From a virus: a stretch of DNA of 64,000 nucleotides. The notes under the pieces are model-generated. The model was given only the letters and a program-made list of their open reading frames with translations, did not search any database and was not told the DNA's origin. The position numbers were made by a program, and so were the translations under genes. Location: positions 12,396 through 76,395 of the IMG/VR virus record IMGVR_UViG_3300032516_000014; one strand, written 5' to 3'. Shown here in pieces: positions 56,248 to 64,000 of this stretch (its first letter is position 1; each line of letters starts with the position of its first letter).

Positions 56248-56849
56248 ATGAGACGCTGTTCGACGATCCCCAGTATGACATCAGGCTCGCGGAGTTTGCA
56301 GGCATGCCGAAGATTGCCCGGTTGACGCGGATCATGTGCGTGACCGAGAAAATCGATGGAACAAACGCGCAGGTGGCGGTGTTCAAGAGCGGCGAAGTTC
56401 GGGCGGGCAGCAAGAATCGCTGGGTGACTCCCGCGCAAGACAACTTTTGCTTTGCGTCCTGGGTGATGGAGCATGAGGAGCAACTGCGACGGTTAGGTCC
56501 CGGTCGGCACTTCGGCGAATGGTGGGGCCACGGGATTCAGCGTGGATATGGCTGCAAGACCGGCGAGCGGTATTTCTCGCTTTTCAACGTAGTCCGTTAC
56601 ACGCTAGGCACCCCCAACAAACCCGCCGAGACTCCGCCTGCGTGCTGCCTCGTGGTGCCGATACTTTACCTGGGCCTTTTCCAGACTTCGCAAATTGAAT
56701 GCGTTCTTGACGAGCTGGGGAAGAGCGGCAGCAAAGCAAAGCCCGGCTATGCGAATCCCGAGGGGATAGTGGTCTGCCACTTGCCCAGCCGGGCGTTGTT
56801 CAAGAAAACATTCGAGGGAGACTTCGCAGGAAAAGGAGTTGACGCATGA
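56244..56849 (+). CDS. RNA ligase (Rnl2-like adenylyltransferase domain)
   Basis: Motif I TEKIDGTNA; FGEW; FSLFN; PEGIVV; terminal FKK. Confidence 0.85.
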   Translation: MNETLFDDPQYDIRLAEFAGMPKIARLTRIMCVTEKIDGTNAQVAVFKSGEVRAGSKNRWVTPAQDNFCFASWVMEHEEQLRRLGPGRHFGEWWGHGIQRGYGCKTGERYFSLFNVVRYTLGTPNKPAETPPACCLVVPILYLGLFQTSQIECVLDELGKSGSKAKPGYANPEGIVVCHLPSRALFKKTFEGDFAGKGVDA

Positions 56850-57028
56850 GTTCAGAACAAGAAACCCTGTGGGCAATTAAGGGCGTGGTCTCTGAACTGC
56901 CGCTGGCGCAGCAAGAGGCTTGCAAAGAGTTGGCCGAACACTTTCGCGAGTCGATCAAGAGAGCCGGCTTTCCGGTGGGAGAACTGGCTCTGTCGCTGGT
57001 CGGCGCCGAGTTTGCGGCCAAAGAGTGA
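56846..57028 (+). CDS. small hypothetical protein
   Basis: AAGGAG SD and ATGA coupling. Confidence 0.65.
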   Translation: MSSEQETLWAIKGVVSELPLAQQEACKELAEHFRESIKRAGFPVGELALSLVGAEFAAKE

Positions 57029-57035
57029 GCCTCGC

Positions 57036-57770
57036 GTGAGCACGGGATTTCTATCCTACGCTGACGCCACATACCGCCCCCTGGCGCAGGTGTTGCTGGA
57101 CAGCATGCAAGTGTTTTCGGAACACCCAATCGAGTTGATGCGGTGGGAAGACCTGCGTTCATCGGGGTGGGAGAAGCTTAATTGTTTCTCGAAGTTTCGG
57201 GCCTACTTGCGCAGTCCGTTTGACCACACCGTGTGGGTGGACGCAGACTGCGTAGCCAATCGACACGTGGACGCGCTGATCGAATTCGCCCGCCGCTACG
57301 ACGCGCCTGTTCCGTTGCTGTGTTATCACGGCGAGCCGCAGTCTCTTTACGCAGAGCGGGCTTATCTCGGAGTGGAGTCCCCGAGCATGCCTTACGGGCA
57401 TGCCTGCGTGGTCGTATTCAACCGCAAGTGCAGCGACTTTTTCAAAGAGTGCCTGGATACGTTTCCGGCCGATCCCGAGGAGATCGAGGAAGGCATGCCG
57501 CCGCTCAATGACGAGTCGGTTACGAACGTGATGCTGTGGAAATACGATTGCGGCGCTCAACTGAACTGCGTCGCCACTCCCCGATGGTTGTTCCCGTATT
57601 ACGCCGGACTCGCAAAGGTGCCGAAGGGCGGGCGTCGGTGGCTGGTTGATGGACGGGCCTCTCACCACCTGTTTCACGGCGAGAAAGATCCGGCGGCTGC
57701 ACGGGGAATGCTCAGCAAACTTCTGGATATGTCTTTTCCACCGAATTTGTTTTGCATGAGGTATCTGTGA
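57036..57770 (+). CDS. glycosyltransferase (GT8-like)
   Basis: SPFDHTVWVDAD, NDESVTN and FHGEK. Confidence 0.7.
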   Translation: MSTGFLSYADATYRPLAQVLLDSMQVFSEHPIELMRWEDLRSSGWEKLNCFSKFRAYLRSPFDHTVWVDADCVANRHVDALIEFARRYDAPVPLLCYHGEPQSLYAERAYLGVESPSMPYGHACVVVFNRKCSDFFKECLDTFPADPEEIEEGMPPLNDESVTNVMLWKYDCGAQLNCVATPRWLFPYYAGLAKVPKGGRRWLVDGRASHHLFHGEKDPAAARGMLSKLLDMSFPPNLFCMRYL

Positions 57771-58465
57771 AGCCTGTCATTTGCTTTTTCTACCACGAGC
57801 CTTCAGCGGTCGCACAGTTTCATTTGCGCTGCGTGCGGAAGACCAACCGGCTGCCCATCGTGTTGATTTGTCCTCACGACGGCGTGCCGTTTCCCGGGGA
57901 ATCGGTTGTTGCAGACACGGGTTTGCTGGGCTTCGAGAAGCATCGGAACTCAGCTACCGTGCGAGGCTTTCTGAATTGGTGGAGGACGACAGGGGGGTTG
58001 AGTTACGATTCCTTTATCTGGGTCGAGTATGACACGCTTGTCCGCCGGCCTTTGCTGGAGCTGTTCGGCCCGATACCGGACGTTCCTTCTGCGCTATTCG
58101 CGGCTGAAACGTTGAAGTGGCCCGATCCTTGGGGCTGGTGGGACAAGCTCGAATACATGGACGTGAACGCGGAAGGCGGCAGGCTGAAACCCTATCTGAG
58201 GGGAATCAAACCGTTGACCGGGGTGTTTGTGGGCCGGAAGGTTGTTGAAGATTCTCTGGCGCTGATTGTGCAGGATCGCTGGTTGAGGAATTTGCATAGC
58301 GAGATGTGTTTGGCTACCGCGGCTTGCACGGCGGGGTATGAGGCCGCTGCGTATGGGAATAGGTGGATTACTTGCGGCGATCTTACCGACTACGCGCGCT
58401 GGGTTGTTCAAATGCCTCCCTTTGCTCACGCGGTCAAGTCGATCATTCCCCGAGGAGCGGTATGA
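57767..58465 (+). CDS. glycosyltransferase-like protein
   Basis: YDSFIWVEYD, HSE and HAVK. Confidence 0.55.
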   Translation: MKPVICFFYHEPSAVAQFHLRCVRKTNRLPIVLICPHDGVPFPGESVVADTGLLGFEKHRNSATVRGFLNWWRTTGGLSYDSFIWVEYDTLVRRPLLELFGPIPDVPSALFAAETLKWPDPWGWWDKLEYMDVNAEGGRLKPYLRGIKPLTGVFVGRKVVEDSLALIVQDRWLRNLHSEMCLATAACTAGYEAAAYGNRWITCGDLTDYARWVVQMPPFAHAVKSIIPRGAV

Positions 58466-58872
58466 GTGCCGAGGAGTTCATTCTCTACCGCCGGCAGGAG
58501 CTCGCCTTGTATTTCCACAACATGTGGGGCAAGCAGTGGATTGCGATGGCCCGTAAACAATTCGGGGTGGCTCCAGTCGCATGCTACCGTTTGGCCAACA
58601 CGCGCTTTGGCCGGGCGGGCGTGGAAGATACCCCCTCGGGGTATCAGGTATGCCGAAAGTGGGAGAGCTGGGCCAGGCAGATGGGATTTGTCTCCCCGCT
58701 GGACACCTGGATTGCGCGCGGGCTGAGCGAGGAGCAGCGGCGGATCTTCGAGCTTGCGCGGGCGAAAGCGGTATTGCACGACAAACAGGACATAAAGGGG
58801 ACATTAAGTCCGCTAAAGCGGACGATAACTGCAAATCCAGCCGACGTTGTTAGCGCCGCGCTGGGAAAGTGA
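58462..58872 (+). CDS. hypothetical protein
   Basis: GAGGAG SD and ATGA coupling. Confidence 0.6.
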   Translation: MSAEEFILYRRQELALYFHNMWGKQWIAMARKQFGVAPVACYRLANTRFGRAGVEDTPSGYQVCRKWESWARQMGFVSPLDTWIARGLSEEQRRIFELARAKAVLHDKQDIKGTLSPLKRTITANPADVVSAALGK

Positions 58873-58882
58873 AAATAAGCCG

Positions 58883-59215
58883 ATGGCTAATTATCGCGTG
58901 ATCATCAGGGGTGCCCACGGGCGCCAGGTGTATGTCAAGAACGCCGGCAGCCGTGAGGAGGCGGCAGTCAAGGCGGAAGCACAAGCCGGCGTCGGCATCG
59001 AAGATATGGAAGCCGTCGAGAAGACGACTTGTGATCCCGATTACATCGACAGCGGACACAAAGACGGGCACGCTGGCCCGCGGGTGTTGATGCCGGCGAT
59101 TCCCTGGCATTTTTGCACGACCTGCCAGCGCCCCGGGCACCAGGCTAACCGGTGTCCTTGCCGAGGACTCATTCATGGCCGGCCCAGTTCCGGCGTTGCA
59201 GCACCAATTATATGA
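58883..59215 (+). CDS. hypothetical protein with CCHC zinc knuckle
   Basis: CTTCQRPGHQANRC. Confidence 0.6.
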   Translation: MANYRVIIRGAHGRQVYVKNAGSREEAAVKAEAQAGVGIEDMEAVEKTTCDPDYIDSGHKDGHAGPRVLMPAIPWHFCTTCQRPGHQANRCPCRGLIHGRPSSGVAAPII

Positions 59216-59691
59216 ACGACCGAATCCGATACCAAATCGAAGTCGCGAAATCCGGGATAAGTCTCTTCAGCGTCATTCCGGGAGACGCGTTCGCGGAAGA
59301 TGAGCGCGCGGTGGAGGCGATTCTGAACGACCTGCGCGCGCGGTTTCCTGCCAAGCAAGGCTGGGAAGTGCGCCAGATTGCTTTTGAAGTTCCTCCGAGG
59401 GAGCCGGAGAAGCCTTCGTTGGATTCTCTGGTGGAGGCGGCTACCCGGCAGCAAGTGTCTGAGGCGTCGGACCCGTTGAACAAACTGATCGCAAAGCAGG
59501 CAAAGCGGCCCGATGCGATGCAGCCGCCGGTGCCGGTCGTGGATATTCCTCCACCAACGGGTAAGCCGCCGAAGCATCGCGCTATCATCGCGAGCCCGGT
59601 GCCCGATAGCGCGCTGGGCCTGGAGACTGCAAACGAGAACCGGCCGTCCGATATGGTTCGGCATGCCCCGAGCCCGTCGAGCCGTCTATGA
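59212..59691 (+). CDS. hypothetical protein
   Basis: ATGA coupling. Confidence 0.6.
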   Translation: MNDRIRYQIEVAKSGISLFSVIPGDAFAEDERAVEAILNDLRARFPAKQGWEVRQIAFEVPPREPEKPSLDSLVEAATRQQVSEASDPLNKLIAKQAKRPDAMQPPVPVVDIPPPTGKPPKHRAIIASPVPDSALGLETANENRPSDMVRHAPSPSSRL

Positions 59692-59803
59692 AACGCCTGG
59701 TCGATTGTCTGAAGGTGGCGCGCATGTTCGCGGTTATCGGTTTGATTGCACTTTTTGAAATGTTGGCGTGGGTGTGTTACTCCGTTTTCCGAAGGCATCG
59801 TTG

Positions 59804-60076
59804 ATGTGGCGGCCGATCGCTTATCGTATTCACGAGCTGCCCCCGACTATGTGCAAGGGGAAACTCTGTCCGACGCTTGGATATGCTTGGCGGGGGCGGG
59901 GCGATCGGCGAGGCGTCGAGTTGAGCCCGCGGCAATTCCCACGAGAGTTCCTCGACACGACAATTCACGAGGCGCTGCACGTGTTGTTTCCGCTTCTTCG
60001 CCATTCGCGTGTTATCTTTTGTGCCTGGGCGATCAGCAGCCTGCTTTGGCGACTTGGCTACCGCCGGAAGAAATAA
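59804..60076 (+). CDS. minimal HExxH (zincin-like) protein
   Basis: FLDTTIHEALH. Confidence 0.65.
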   Translation: MWRPIAYRIHELPPTMCKGKLCPTLGYAWRGRGDRRGVELSPRQFPREFLDTTIHEALHVLFPLLRHSRVIFCAWAISSLLWRLGYRRKK

Positions 60077-60080
60077 GTGG

Positions 60081-60109
60081 TTGACAAGGGACGCGGGGTG
60101 TGGCAAATT
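60081..60109 (+). promoter_or_regulatory. sigma70-like promoter
   Basis: TTGACA-N17-CAAATT, with GG just before the -10 box as in the late class. Confidence 0.5.
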
Positions 60110-60267
60110 CTTGCGCGTGACGAAGACCGGAGCTTGGTGTAGAGAGTTTGTTACTAGCGTGAGCACGCTGGCGCGTAGTGCCAGAGGGATCAGATCCTCG
60201 ACCTGGTAGCTCCGACCAAATCGAAACTCAGCTAAACGCAATCGTATGAAACCAATCAAACGCTAAC

Positions 60268-60663
60268 ATGAACACGAACGTAATCATACCGAACCGGTTT
60301 CAAGGGCAAGTCAAACCTAGCCGTCCGAGGCTTGTCCCCGCCCGCGTGCCGCAGCAATTCAAGCAGTGGAATCGCTGGGACGACGCTCCGCTCGCGAAGT
60401 TGAGGCAAGAGCAGCGCCGGGCCAGCCGGCTGCTGAGCTACCTGCCGAAGAAGATCGAGCGTGCGCGCAAGCTGGAGTTGTCGCATTTGGCCGCGGATCT
60501 CGAATCGCGCCTCGCGAGAGCGAAGATCAACTACGAGGTTCTGACCAACAAGATCGATCTGCGCACGGGCGCGCCGGTCGTGGCGCCGGAGAAGTTCCTT
60601 GGCCGGGGCGCCCGCGAGCGGCTGGCGGCGGCGAAGTTACTGAAAGACAAGGAGGCTGCATGA
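60268..60663 (+). CDS. basic coiled-coil hypothetical protein
   Basis: 131-aa ORF, coupled to the next gene. Confidence 0.65.
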   Translation: MNTNVIIPNRFQGQVKPSRPRLVPARVPQQFKQWNRWDDAPLAKLRQEQRRASRLLSYLPKKIERARKLELSHLAADLESRLARAKINYEVLTNKIDLRTGAPVVAPEKFLGRGARERLAAAKLLKDKEAA

Positions 60664-61571
60664 GCGAAGACAAGATTCCCTACGTCACGAAGACCCCTCC
60701 CCGAACCTCTGAAGAGACTCGGCTCAAAGATCCGGTTACGGGGGCCGAGAAGGGCAGCAAGGAAGCACGCTTCGACTTGATTCCCGCCGGCCCGCTGTTC
60801 ACCCTGGCGCGCGTATTTGGCCGCGGGGCCAAGAAGTATGCAGAGCGCAATTGGGAGCGCGGCTACCCCTGGAGCTGGTCGTTTGCGGCGCTTATGCGGC
60901 ACGCCTGGGCGTTCTGGCGGGGCGAGGAGCTCGACCAGGAAAGCGGCCTTCCGCACCTGGCGCACGCGGCCTGGCATTGCTTCGTGTTGCAGGAATTCAC
61001 GAACTGCTACCCGGACAAGGATGATCGCAGCAAGATGCGCAGAGACGAGGTTGCGTCGCCGGCTACTTCTCTCAACAAGGGGAAGCAAGCCTGGACGGTT
61101 GATGATTGGCGCGCCTCGATGCAGGAGGTCGCGAAGGAAAAGGGGATCACGGGACTGGGAGGACGGCTCTGCTCCAGGACCGATGAATCGGAATTACAAC
61201 GGCGGTTCGACAACTTGCAAAACGTGATCGCTGGGATAACTGAACAGCGGTCGGTGATAAAGGCTGAGCTTGCGCAAGCTCGTGAAAAGCAGAGCCGGTT
61301 GGAAAACAATATCCTCTGTCTGGAAACCACCAACGCGAGCCTAATGAACGAATCCGCCAAGCTGCGTGAGTCCCTCGCAAGTTCACAGTGTGAAGCCGCC
61401 AGGCTGGTAAAGACGGTAGAACACTGGAAGGCGTGCTTGACTTCTGCGCGGTCTGCGTTATCGACGGCGGAAGCTGAAGTCGCCGAGTTGCGCGATCACC
61501 TCTCGCCGAAACCGCAGGCTTGCTTCGTGGTCGCCTCGCCGAAACCGCAGGCTTTTTGGAGGACACTATGA
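60660..61571 (+). CDS. dATP/dGTP diphosphohydrolase-like (DUF5664) domain with C-terminal coiled coil
   Basis: GAKKYAERNWERG...ALMRH...DQESGLPHLAHAAW; AAGGAGG SD. Confidence 0.8.
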   Translation: MSEDKIPYVTKTPPRTSEETRLKDPVTGAEKGSKEARFDLIPAGPLFTLARVFGRGAKKYAERNWERGYPWSWSFAALMRHAWAFWRGEELDQESGLPHLAHAAWHCFVLQEFTNCYPDKDDRSKMRRDEVASPATSLNKGKQAWTVDDWRASMQEVAKEKGITGLGGRLCSRTDESELQRRFDNLQNVIAGITEQRSVIKAELAQAREKQSRLENNILCLETTNASLMNESAKLRESLASSQCEAARLVKTVEHWKACLTSARSALSTAEAEVAELRDHLSPKPQACFVVASPKPQAFWRTL

Positions 61572-61975
61572 GCGCACGTAAACTCAGCACCGGGGGGACC
61601 GAAAATGCGTATCGCGGACGCCGCATTATCTACATCGCCGGACCTTTTAGGGGACCGAGCAACTGGGCCATTGTGCAGAATATCCGGCGCGCCGAGCGGC
61701 TGGCGTTGGAGGTCTGGGCAATGGGACACGTTGCGCTTTGCCCACATTTGAACACCCGGAATTTCCAGGACGCGCTGCCCGATTGGGTTTGGCTGCTTGG
61801 CGACCTGTCTCTCGTGATCCGATGCGACGGCGTGTTGCTAGCGCACAACTGGGAGAAGTCGAAGGGTTCTGTCGGTGAAATGAAGCATGCGATGCTGCAC
61901 GGAATCCCGGTCTTTCGGAGCTTGTCCGAATTGCGCCGGTCGTTCGGGTCGCAGCAGATGCCAGTCGTTGAATGA
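61568..61975 (+). CDS. nucleoside 2-deoxyribosyltransferase-like (DUF4406-type) protein
   Basis: IYIAGPF...CDGVLL..NWEKSKGSVGE...GIPVF. Confidence 0.8.
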   Translation: MSARKLSTGGTENAYRGRRIIYIAGPFRGPSNWAIVQNIRRAERLALEVWAMGHVALCPHLNTRNFQDALPDWVWLLGDLSLVIRCDGVLLAHNWEKSKGSVGEMKHAMLHGIPVFRSLSELRRSFGSQQMPVVE

Positions 61976-62673
61976 GTCAAAACCGAGTCATTTCGTTTTC
62001 GCTCTACGGCACCGCGCCGAAGTATTTGGTCGGCGCGGTGTGCAACGTTGCGGACGCAGCCCGTTTCTATCCCGGTTGGATCTGTCGTTTCTACGTGCGA
62101 GAAGACGTGCCCCGAGACGTTTGCCGGCGCCTGGAGGCGCTCGGGGCGACCATCGTGCCGAGATCCGCACTATGGTTTGGCGAGGAAATGTTCTGGCGGT
62201 TTGAAGCAATCGATGATCCCTCCGCAGACGTAGTGTTGATTCGTGACGCGGACAGCCGGTTTAGTTTCCGGGAACAGCTCGCGGTGTTTTGCTGGCTGCG
62301 ATCGAATTCGCCTGTCCACGTCATGAGGGATCATCCGGCGCATAATATGCCCATCCCCGGGGGCATGTGGGGCGCGCGTTTTGGGGCGATCCAAAACCTG
62401 CGGGACTTGATCGAGGAATGGCGGCGCACTTCTCGTCGATACGCGGCAATGGCGGAGCAAGGCACGACTTACGGCATGGACCAGGTTTTTCTGACGGAGA
62501 TAATCTGGCCGCTCGTGAAGTCTGGCGTGTATCAACACGATGAGTTCTATCGCGGGAAGTGGAGCGCTTTTGCCTGGCCTTCTCCAGTGCTTTCCGACGG
62601 GCACTTTGTCGGTGAAGTTTATGATGAGAATAACCAACCCCGGATGATGGACCGAATCTCGCGACACTTATGA
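61972..62673 (+). CDS. glycosyltransferase-like protein
   Basis: ISFSLYG, MFWRF, IRDADSR, MRDHPAH, GGMWG and DQVFL. Confidence 0.65.
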   Translation: MSQNRVISFSLYGTAPKYLVGAVCNVADAARFYPGWICRFYVREDVPRDVCRRLEALGATIVPRSALWFGEEMFWRFEAIDDPSADVVLIRDADSRFSFREQLAVFCWLRSNSPVHVMRDHPAHNMPIPGGMWGARFGAIQNLRDLIEEWRRTSRRYAAMAEQGTTYGMDQVFLTEIIWPLVKSGVYQHDEFYRGKWSAFAWPSPVLSDGHFVGEVYDENNQPRMMDRISRHL

Positions 62674-63053
62674 AATCCGAAACCCTTACCATTGTCACTT
62701 ATCAATACGCTGAGTTGAATCCAGGCGCGCAGCAAGTTGCTGACCGCAACATTGCCAGCATCATCCAATACCTCTGGTCTAACGAGCCGGCGGTGCAGCA
62801 GTTGGTGGGTTTGCGACCGAATTCGACGGAGGCGGAAGCAAAGGCCGCAGAGCCAAACGTGCGCGGGTGGATCGCGAGCCAGGTGGCGCACCAGCGAAAC
62901 ACCATGACGTTTTTGGAGAGTGGCGAGGCCTTCGAGCTGGACGCATTCAAGAAAGCGATTAGCCGGCCTCCGCCGGAAGCGAAAGCGGCTCCACACGTTC
63001 TCACGGTGCCGGCCAACAGGCTAGTCGATCCGCAAGGGAGGTTGATCCAGTGA
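62670..63053 (+). CDS. hypothetical protein
   Basis: Coupled on both sides. Confidence 0.65.
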   Translation: MKSETLTIVTYQYAELNPGAQQVADRNIASIIQYLWSNEPAVQQLVGLRPNSTEAEAKAAEPNVRGWIASQVAHQRNTMTFLESGEAFELDAFKKAISRPPPEAKAAPHVLTVPANRLVDPQGRLIQ

Positions 63054-63838
63054 GAATTACCCAGGTCTTTCTGTCGGTAAACGACAATTCGGTTTACACG
63101 GAGTTCGTCGAGCCGGTGGTCGCGCAGTGGCATCGCGTTATCCCGGGTGTGCGAGTGACGTTGTTGTGGTGCGATCACCGTTTGCCGCCGCATTCATGGG
63201 AGTCGATTCCGGGTTTGGACGATGTTCACGTTGTCGTGAACGTGCCGGATTTGGTGAACATTCCGACCGCAATCACGGCGCTCTGGGCACGCTACTTCTT
63301 CGCTTCGCTGATCTCTGCTCCTGGCGACGTGTCGATTATCTCAGATGTCGATATGTTCCCGCTGAGCCGGGATTATTTTGTGCACCAGTTGGAGGCAGTG
63401 CCTTCAGATACCTACGCTCATTTGCACGCTAACGTCCCTGCGTATGGGCGCATTCCGAGTTGCTATCACGTGGCTTCGGCGGCGAATTTCCGCGCGGTGT
63501 TGGGCCTGGAGAAAGGCTCCTGGACCGAGTCCATGCTGAAAGTCTGGGCGTCGCGAAAGCACGCAGACGGCTGGTTCTGTGACGAAGACTTTGCCACTTG
63601 CCAGATGCAGGCGTCTCGGCACACTTTTTACATGCCTTCGCGGCGCCACCAGTTCGATCGTATCGACCGGGATCTCTACTACGACGTGGAAATGTTGAGC
63701 CTGGGAGCCTATTATGATTTGCACGCTCCGAGGCCTTACCACGAGCACGCAGCTAAGATTCAGTCCATTTTACAGGCGGTTCCTGGTGAGACCAGGCCGG
63801 CTTTGGGGCACGACATCCTCGCGTATCGAGTGCTGTGA
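63050..63838 (+). CDS. glycosyltransferase-like protein
   Basis: IISDVDMFPL (DxD), WFCDE and RIDR. Confidence 0.6.
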   Translation: MRITQVFLSVNDNSVYTEFVEPVVAQWHRVIPGVRVTLLWCDHRLPPHSWESIPGLDDVHVVVNVPDLVNIPTAITALWARYFFASLISAPGDVSIISDVDMFPLSRDYFVHQLEAVPSDTYAHLHANVPAYGRIPSCYHVASAANFRAVLGLEKGSWTESMLKVWASRKHADGWFCDEDFATCQMQASRHTFYMPSRRHQFDRIDRDLYYDVEMLSLGAYYDLHAPRPYHEHAAKIQSILQAVPGETRPALGHDILAYRVL

Positions 63839-63842
63839 ATTT

Positions 63843-64000
63843 ATGCCAGTCACGATTCGGAAAGCAAATAAAAGCGGCTCCAGGGTGTCCGTGAGGACGC
63901 CCGGTGGAGTGAAATCCAAGTCAACAACCCCCGCAAAAGCGGCAGCGCAAGAGCGGCTGCTGAACGCGGTCGAACATTCGGATTGGCGGCCTGCTGGAAA
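63843..64000 (+). CDS. small basic phage protein (runs off the window)
   Basis: MPVTIRK...TPGGVKSKSTTPAKAAAQERLLNAVEH. Confidence 0.6.
   Translation, partial: MPVTIRKANKSGSRVSVRTPGGVKSKSTTPAKAAAQERLLNAVEHSDWRPAG

Noticed and set aside
60660-61571. Z-genome (2-aminoadenine) pathway
   Set aside because: No PurZ or DNA polymerase is visible; DUF5664 alone is widespread in ordinary phages.

Overview
The window is most of the genome of a GC-rich tailed dsDNA bacteriophage with podovirus-type organisation. No integrase, DNA polymerase, primase/helicase or endolysin is recognisable, so the genome probably extends beyond the window. The minus strand (about 46.4 kb to 0.2 kb) carries the late/virion arm: glycosyltransferase-like genes, terminase large subunit, portal, scaffold, three more glycosyltransferase-like genes, major capsid protein, collagen-like fibre/decoration proteins, holin- and spanin-like genes, tail adaptor, fibres, a nozzle fused to a metallophosphoesterase, a GNAT, two ejection proteins and a 2808-aa polyvalent protein. 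The plus strand (46.6-64 kb) carries small early/middle genes, a repeat-rich non-coding island (52-53.9 kb), an RNA ligase, nucleotide-metabolism genes and more glycosyltransferases. Main findings: (1) the 2808-aa protein is a cassette polyprotein, with an HExxH peptidase followed by modules separated by eight copies of an AFMPK-like linker, one module being a B12-type radical SAM enzyme; (2) a promoter-driven 115-nt tRNA-mimic RNA with a CCA end and a possible kissing-loop domain; (3) about 12 glycan-modifying genes alongside NGT-rich collagen fibres that share one short anchor motif; (4) two phage promoter classes, mostly leaderless; (5) a histone-fold protein. All functional calls come from motif recognition by eye; no database searches were run.
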